In this document: one piece after another, positions 55,802-64,000 of the stretch | Numbering within the stretch: the stretch's first letter is position 1 | Layout: each line of letters starts with the position of its first letter | Origin: Hormiphora californensis | Lineage: Eukaryota; Animalia; Ctenophora | NCBI GenBank assembly: GCA_020137815.1 | Contig: CM035351.1 | Location: 6,076,001-6,140,000 of the forward strand | Length of the DNA stretch: 64,000 bases | Direction: 5' to 3' | Position numbers and translations under genes: made by a program | The notes under the pieces: generated by a model | Database searches by the model: none | Told to the model about the DNA's origin: nothing | Seen by the model: the letters and a program-made list of their open reading frames with translations, nothing else

Positions 55802-58800
55802 ATGATCAAGTGTCTTCGAGACAAAGATCTCGTAACACACGTAAAGTCCTCTTTTAACTGTTCTGTTGAAGTTAATTTGACTTAATGAATTATAGTCGGT
55901 CAAATATTTTTCTTTCATTAGCCAGTCATGAAGAAGAAGCGTGAGCGGCTCCTGGTACAGGATCAACTGGACTCCAAAACCATTGTAGACTCTTTCTCCA
56001 GACTTCTCAGACGAAGTGAAAGTAAGTTTCAAGAAAATGAGTGCCAAGTGGAGTCAGTGATTTGATTAACATTCTTTTATTGCAGATCATTCCCTTAAAA
56101 TCTTGGAGCGTGAATTTGAAGTATCACTGAAACAGATCAAATCACGGAAAGTTATCCAGTTTGCTCCAGTGGCATTCTACTCAAATCTATGCTGGTAAGA
56201 TAAGATAAGATAACCCCGACACCACTCCCGGGCACCAAGTTTAAAAACAATCAATAACAAGTCCCCTTTTCCAGGACCTTGAAACTAGAACCCTCAAGAA
56301 CTTGTAGCAGTTCCTATGATTTGAGGTTGTGTTGGGTCAGTCCGTCGGAGGTATACAACAAATGTGATATGAGTGTCAAGGGGCTAGAGGGGTACTTGCT
56401 TGTTACTACTCCTACAGGCACTACACGCATTAAATTCATCGGGATAAATGTAGCGATAGCTCATAATGCCATTGATAAAAAGGTGAGCTAGAATCGTCTC
56501 CCTTTTCTCTCTCATCTATATGTTTATCATATCTCCATATATCCATTAGATGTTTCTGGGTCGCAAAATTACTATAAAGGTGGATATGGAGCTCGAACCC
56601 AGCCAGGATGCCGACAGAATTGAGGTAACTACAGCTGCGGCCTGCATTAAGTAACTTTCTTCTTTCTCCCTTTCTACCTTCTACTTCTTTCTCCCTTTCT
56701 TCCATCTTCTTTGATGGATTATCACGATGAAAATTGTTTCAGTTGCACAGTAATTTCTTTAACAAGTACCGTGGTAAACCTCTTGTTGAGTGTCTGAGGA
56801 CCAAGAAATTTAGAAACTATTGGGAGTACAAATTGGGTCTACCGGCTGACAACAAGAACGTCTTTGCTACCTCCCTCGCTAAGTTCGTGTGCTCTCTCCT
56901 TACTGAGGTGAGTTCGGTAACTATGGTAACTCCCCTTTGTAACCATGGTAACTAATTTCCCAGAGAGTGTTCAACAGTTGCTGTGGAGAAAGTTGGGGTG
57001 ACGTTTATGAATCTGTGATGAATTTCATCAACTTTGAAAGCAATGAAGAGGACAATGCATTGATGCGTGGAACTATCTTTGAAACTGGAGCACTGAAGTT
57101 GGTATGTTTCTCTATTCTCAACCAATCAGTTTCAGCTGCGTTATCCCTCCTAAAAACTTTTTCTCATAGAAAAGTTAACCGATCCTAAATTAGATCCCTA
57201 TTCTTTCAGATTATCAAACTATTTGGTGCAGATTTTAGTGAGGGAAGCAACTGGGGAAGACGGTTCGCTGCGGCTCAATTCGCCTCCCTTTTTAAACTGC
57301 GTGGTATCGGTGACAGTTGTGTCAAATTAATGGAAGGCCATGAAAAGTCGTATGACCTCGCACTAAGATATATCTTTAACAAGATGATAGATCCCGCATA
57401 CAACGAAACGTAAGAATCGGCAATCGATAATATCCGACATTTGTCATTACTAAACAATATTGCTAACTGTTTTTCTTTTCAGGACACTCAATGTCTTTGG
57501 GACAGTTGTTCTACCCAGTATCGTGAAAATGATTCTAAATGGTGGTCAGGGTAATAGCGAGAGAAAAGATTTGATGTTCATCCTCAACAACTTACATATT
57601 CTGGCTCCCTGGTTGGACATCCGTAAATTCATGGCCATGCAAGGTACACTAGTTAATTATTATAGAGATACAAAAATAGTTGAATACAAAACTCATATAT
57701 CATCCATGAAGTACCAATTCTAATTCCCAGGTGTTTACCCGCGATGGTCACAGTCTCCCGATCTTGCATGGAACATCTTCTTCCACTGGATTTACCGGCG
57801 AATACTGGTGTACAGTGAGGATATATCGGACAGTGTCTTGGAAATGATAATGCCAATCTGTTTTAAAACCATCGTGAACCCGTTCTACGTGCGTCCCATA
57901 GCACCTCAAGCCTATGAGATGTACTACCATCCCCTGTTTGATGACACGTTGCCCAACTGTCCGGGAATTGTTAACCGACCAGAGGCATTGAGGAAGAGTT
58001 TTGTCTACGTTGCTACTTTGACGGTAAGACTAAGATGTGTGTGTTATGTATCTACTGACATGACTTCAAATATTTATTATTTAGTTAAAGTTCAATTTTA
58101 ATTAAAGTTTTCCGTCTTACTCAGGGAGGTGTAGATGATATAAACCAGTTTGTGGCAAAGATGCCGGAGATACGGTGCTGTCATAACCTTTACAGTGTGT
58201 TTTACACCGGTCTATATAATAACACTGCAATTGAAAGCCAAACTGGTCTAGGCTGGATGGAGAAAATGAATAGCCTGGGCGTGAATGACGTTATGAATCT
58301 CATGAACAAACCTAAAGAACAACGCCCTGCTAAAAACAAAAAGGTCTTTGCGATGAAGGAGAGAGCGAATGATTTGCACAGATCGGGGAGTTTCGAAGAA
58401 GCCGTTCAGATGTACACTGAAACAATGATGTTAGCTCACCAGGAATCCATAAAAAGAAGGTAGGTTTTTTGCCCTTTTTCTCGACAGAGTTTTCCGGTTG
58501 CCTTCAACCGGTTTCAATACGATTCAAATAGTTAGTCTTTCCTTTTACACGCAAAAAACCAATATACATTAACTAATAATAGTTTTCTTAAGCGCCTAAA
58601 GAATTCAATGTTACAACTTACAGGGACAAATCTCCCTTCGGTTTAATGAACCCAGAGTCTGAAGATCTTCCTGTTCTCTGCGTACATAACAGGTACATCT
58701 CAAAAGTGTTTTGTATTTAATCTGTTTTAATCACTGTATTGTTTGGTGTTGGAATTAGGATCGCGTCAGTGAGCATTGAGAAAACTTGATTATAATCCCT

Positions 58801-59726
58801 TACATAGGTCGGGATCTTATCTGGAACTGGGTAAGCTGCAGTTGGCTCTTGCAGATTGTGTCTTTGTGATCAACCACATGACAACTACCCTAAAAATGAG
58901 TGAAAACCTACCAACGGAGATTCCATACCCACTCAACCAAGTGATCAACTGCAACGAGGAGGCCTATAGAGAAATAGACCAGATCGTGGTATGTTACATG
59001 GAAACGGTTTGAGTTCTTTATCAGCTGATCTGAAGAATGCCCAAGTGTATTTCATATTTGAGAGCTACGGTAACTTATTTCCAAGCACCAACATAACTCG
59101 TGCTTTCCTTGAATTTAGTTTGAGTTCTGTCATGATAGTACTTATATTTTATAATAATCTTTGTCTTTCAGAATAAGCGTATGCCGAAAGCCAAGTTTAG
59201 GCGGGTAAAAATTCTATTCAAGATGGGAGAATGGACATCGTCACTAAGATGTGCTATTGATCTTTTAAGAAACTATCAAAACTGTCCAAAAGAGTCTTTC
59301 AGCTACTACTACCACTGTTTGATAAGGTATTGTTGCACTGGTTTGTTGGAGTCAAATAAAAACATCGTCGGCTTCAATGCATTAGCATTACAACTAACTC
59401 ACGTCACTTCAGGTACAGCATTGATGAGCGACTTCTCCAGTACCCCCTTTTCTGTATCTCCTGCAAGTCTGTTGGAACCTGGCATGATATCACCTCACAC
59501 ACTTTCAAAGTCAGGTAAACTAACCTGTTTTCAGTTCTCGAACATTGAATCAATATTTTGTAACTTATAAATTGTTCTTATAAAATACAAATATCCAATA
59601 CAATTAATCTGCAGGTGCAAGAAGTGCAAGCACCCGTACTGTTCTGAGTCCTGTTACCAGTTTGATACAACACACAAGACCTACTGTGCACAACTGGCGA
59701 AGCTGCATGAAAGCTATATTTATTAG
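55802..59726 (+). CDS. Uncharacterised protein, paralog 1: MATH-like beta domain, helical region, TPR motifs and C-terminal MYND-type zinc finger; about 16 exons
   Basis: In-frame exon chain from 55922 (a possible upstream exon ends at 55840, ATG 55802; otherwise ATG 55928) to TAG 59724-59726. TPRs: AMKERANDLHRSGSFEEAVQMYT, NRSGSYLELGKLQLALADC, KAKFRRVKIL. MYND: CISC-x17-CKKC-x4-C-x3-C-x6-H-x3-C from exons 59413-59514 and 59615-59726. Confidence 0.8.
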
Positions 59727-60025
59727 ACTGTGAAGTGCCGTATTTTAAACACCCATTAACACCATCATTAACCTGTAACACGTTGTTTTTAAGTTATTTT
59801 TTATTCACTCCAATTTGAATTTATATCAAATTTAAATTAACCGCGAGTAATTCGAAGTAACTCTTTTTTAAATTTTCTATAGCTTATTTTTAATCAATCA
59901 TTTATACTTATTTTTAACTGTTGAACAATATTTTCAAAGATGTGTTTGATGTCTAATTAATATCTCAGACGTACCAAATACTTCCAGATTCCACAATACA
60001 TTACATCTCTTTTCATTAGCCAATC

Positions 60026-63000
60026 ATGAAGAAGAAACGGCGCCTTGTACAGGATCAACTTGACTCCAAAACCATTGTAGACTCTTTTTCCAGACTTCTC
60101 CGTCGAAGTGATAGTAAGTCAATCTTCTGATAATTTAACTTCCTTTTCCAATTTCTTCCAAAAAATTTCAAACTCAAACAGCCAGATATACATTATGTCT
60201 TTTACACCGTAGGCTTTTCCTCGAAAACTGTTGAACGAGAGTTTGAGATATCCTTGTACCAGATCGAAACACGGAAAGTTATCCAGTTTGCACCTGTAGT
60301 GTTCTGCTCAAATCTCTGCTGGTAAGATTCCTTTTACTGTTGTGCTAATTTCTTTGCTGACAACCTTCTGTGTAATCCCTTGCCAGGCCAGATCTCTTTG
60401 CATGACCGTTCATATAAACTTTCTCCTCTCACCAGGGTCTTGAAACTGGAACCTTCGAGAGTATGCAACAGTTCTTACAATTTGAAGTTATCGTGCGTCA
60501 GTCCGTCTGAACTATTCAATGCAGAGCAGATGAGTGCCAAGGGAGAGTTAGAAGTCACAACGCCTACTGGTACCAGTTATATGAGTGTCACGGGTCTCAC
60601 TCCAATGGTGCATAACGCTATTGATGAAACGGTAATTGATGGAATAATAAACATCTGAGGAAAGGTTTCTGCAAATTAGACATTAGTACATTTTAAACCA
60701 AGGTTCCGGTGAATTGAGGACCGAGGTTTGAATGTATGTGTTACAAAATATTATCTCCATAATCGATCCAGGGACTAAAACCATTTTCTAGATGTTTGAC
60801 GGTCTGGTGATCACGATCAAGTTGGTTATGAATCTGGAAACAATTGATACACAGAAAGCCAACAGGGCTGAGGTAACTTGGTGATTTCTCGAGACCCTAG
60901 ACTCTAGAGCATGTCAAAAACTTTCTCCTTGTCTTGTATACTTATACCATCTTCGTCTAGTATAATATCTTGTTTTCAGTTGCACAGTCATTTTTTCAAC
61001 AAGTACCGTGGGAAGCCTCTTGCTGAGTGTCTAAAGATCAAGAAATTTAGGAACTATTGGGAGTACAAATTGGGTCTACCTGCTGACAACAAGAAAGTCT
61101 TTGCTACCTCCCTCGCTAAGTTCGTGTGCTCTCTCCTTACTGAGGTGAGTTCGGTAACTATGGTAACTATCTCTTGTAACCATGGTAACTAATTTCCCAG
61201 AGAGTGCTCAACAGTTGTTGTGGAGAAAGTTGGGGTGCCGTTTATGAATCTGTTATGGAGTTAGTGAACTACCAAAACGACTTCGACGATAATAATCTTC
61301 TGCGAGAAACCATCTTCCAAACTGGAGCACCGATCTTGGTAAAAATATCCAACCTACGACTTAGTTATATCAAATACGACTTATAGTTATTATTTTTCAC
61401 AATTCCTAATCTTTCCTACTCAGATCGCCAAGCTGCTTCGGTGCAGATTTTAGTGAGGGAAGCAACTGGGCTAAGAGGTGTGCTGCGGGCCAGCTTCTTT
61501 CAACATTTGTGCGCTATGTCCCCAGTAGCCATAGTCTATACGCTAACAAGACATATAAAATCATTCTTAAAACACATCATTGATAAACTATCCAGTCCCG
61601 CATACAACGAAACGTAGGTTTCACAACTTTAGCACCGTTTCCCTGTTCTGTAATTTAACACAGGGCACGTTGGTCGTGCTACGACCAGTCCCTTGACAGA
61701 AATTTTGAAGCCCTATAATCTACCTTAATGATTCCCATTCTCCAGGACTCTTAACGTGTTTGGTACAGTCATGCTGCCCTCATTGGTGAATATGGAGTTG
61801 GATAACAGTCACACTGCTTCTGAGTATGATAAACTCCCTCTCATCATGAACAACATAGGAATTGTAGGACCTTGGCTGGACATAAACAACTTCATGGCCC
61901 TACAAGGTACTAACTATTAACTTGACTCATTCAATTAAGAGATTCCTTCCCACGCCCTTGAGATGCAGGCCGCGGCTAATGTCTATTTTTTTAGATAGCA
62001 ATAGTGTCCTACAGACCAGGCAGGGAATCTTCAGGGGTGACCCGGCATACCCCGGGGTAAACCATGAAGCTCTTGAACTGCCTGGAGCATCTCACATACC
62101 ACTCCAAGGAAACAGAGCTGCCCTCCTTGGGTGGTGTGTTTTTCTCTCTTCCTTTCTCTAATCCGCTCATGACTCATCTCTCTCTGAATAGAGATACCCC
62201 CCGGCCGGTATTACACCATCTCCCCAGCCTTGTGCACTGGGCCAAAGTAGATGGCTAAATACCGGCCAAAACCCGTCCTCCAGCAAAAGTCCAGGCTGGA
62301 GGAGGTCTAATCTCAACTGGCCCCCCTCTACCTTCTGTCCACCTAGCCTCTGGACAGGTATAAAAGGTCTAACAAGCTAGGTCATAACTGGTTAGCTACC
62401 ACCGACTCTCGGCAAAATTCCCACGCCGAGGTCGAGATAAACTCAAGGGGTGTTTCCGTAGCCCAACAGGGAGAAACTACACTAACCAGTAGCCTCGCTA
62501 CTACCTACGCTTCTTCAAAAGTCCATGAGAAGCGTAGGAGATTCCCAAATGGCGATTACCCCCCAAACGATGAAGGTAACAAACCAACATCATCACTCTC
62601 TACCAACAAACAAGCCTCCACAAAAACCTGATCAACAAACAGAACAAACCACTATCCCATGCTACAAAACAAATTTCTATGAGTGACGCACATAGATACC
62701 TAACCCACTAAACATTTCACACGCCAGAGTTCCGTTAATTGGGAAGGAACCTGCCCTAACTACCCCATGAACGGCCGGACGCTGCATCTGCATCACGAAC
62801 AAAAAGTGATGTTCCATGAACCCACATGGAGTACTGATTACAAATCAGAGGTTGGCAGCGCAAAATCTACAAAGGTGCCATAGTCAATGGAGCGTCCGAA
62901 TTGTCCTAGCCAAGGCCACATCTAGAGCGATCAATGCTGAGATGCCACTCACCAAGGGTCGCTGGAGATATCCGAGACTGGCACAATGTGAAAACAGTGC

Positions 63001-64000
63001 TGGTGCGGTCCTCTTCATGGGACCTGTTAAGATAGTTATGGGAGACGATTCCACCCTTATCTCCAAAACCATGGACATAAGACGGAGGAAGAAAACTCTC
63101 CCGGGGGAAAGAGGAAACTCTGGAACCTGAGCTCCGTCCTTCTCGGGCGTGAGGAACTGGCTGCCGGACGGGATAAAATCACAAGTAGAGGATTGGAAGC
63201 GGAGGCGCATACAACAACAACAACAACAACAACTCATTCAATTAACTGTCACATCCTCAATAAACTACGTTGTAGTTGACGAATGTATTGTATGACCTTT
63301 TTCATCTATCACTCGTATTCCTAGACAGTTATTACAAGTGGATGGAGAAGGATGATGTGACTTGGAATTTATTTTTCCACCGCATATATCGTCGGATTCT
63401 TGCTCACTTTAGCGAATTTTCTGGACAAAACGCTGTATCAGTGCTTCCAATAACAGTCCGTACTATAACAAGTCCACACTATTTCCGCCCTGCTTCCCTT
63501 GGGGCGTATGAGATGTATTTTGCCTTTTGGAACGATCCCTCTCATCCTTTGGTGGCAAGCCCTAGAATAGGCTTCATGTACGCCAGTACAATGATGGTGA
63601 GTAAAGGATTTTGAGTTTGATATGCAAAGGCCAAGGTGCACCTTGTCCTTTGCGTAACAAACTTAAAATTAAGCTAAAGTCCTTTTTTTCAACTGTTCCC
63701 CCAAAATTTGTAATTTTTGACGCACACACCACACGTTAACATGTGATAGGCGCGCAAAACAAATCCGCACACTAATTGAGGGCGGAACAGTTGAAAAAAA
63801 TGGAGTATAGGTGTTAACCTAGGTGTTATGGAGTTCAATCAATCATAACCGTTCAGGGTGGTTCTACCGATGTTGACTGTTTCGTGGAGCAGTTCTCTGA
63901 TTCCAAGTGGCCTGACAACCCATATAACCCGTACTATAACGCGCTCAAGGCAGTGAAAATAGAAATGTCTGAGACGGGCTCCTATCTCGACATGATGAGT
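60026..64000 (+). CDS. Tandem paralog 2 of the MATH-like/TPR/MYND gene; truncated by the window end; two +1 insertions in one exon (assembly error or pseudogene)
   Basis: Same exon series: 60026-60113, 60213-60321, 60435-60631, 60792-60872, 60980-61144, 61201-61338, about 61424-61613, 61746-61906, 63325-63596, 63857-end. Clear similarity to paralog 1. Confidence 0.7.
61939..63231 (+). mobile_element. Probable 5'-truncated, decayed non-LTR retroposon with (CAA)n tail in an intron of paralog 2
   Basis: 14-bp TSD ACTCATTCAATTAA at 61925-61938 and 63232-63245. (CAA)n 3' tail at about 63211-63231. The equivalent intron in paralog 1 is only about 87 bp. No intact RT ORF. Confidence 0.8.

Noticed and set aside
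55905-55927. Acceptor 6 nt before ATG 55928 as another unpaired trans-splice site
   Set aside because: An in-frame upstream exon with donor GTAAAG at 55841 explains it as an ordinary cis intron.

Overview
Compact, intron-rich animal genomic DNA (GT-AG introns, many GA/CT microsatellites). The density and gene nesting look ctenophore-like, but that is inference. Genes reconstructed by hand: AHCY (-, 8 exons) head-to-head with GABARAPL2/ATG8 (+, 4 exons); a same-strand minus block MEA1 > KDM5 > intronless JADE > CLASP; a 133-aa triple RanBP2-type zinc-finger gene nested antisense in a KDM5 intron; and two tandem paralogs of an unusual MATH-like/helical/TPR/MYND protein (+), the second running off the window. 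Main candidate system: two operon-like pairs (MEA1>KDM5, JADE>CLASP). In each, the downstream gene starts about 200 nt after the upstream stop, behind an apparently unpaired splice acceptor followed by a 4-codon uORF. Other highlights: an array of symmetric CLASP exons repeating one motif, candidate TOG1-less CLASP first exons, RFX X-box clusters, minisatellites that duplicate splice acceptors, poly-G-ended TIR elements with 7-bp TSDs, and recurrent +1 insertions in exons (probably assembly errors). Coordinates were read by eye and may be off by a few bases.
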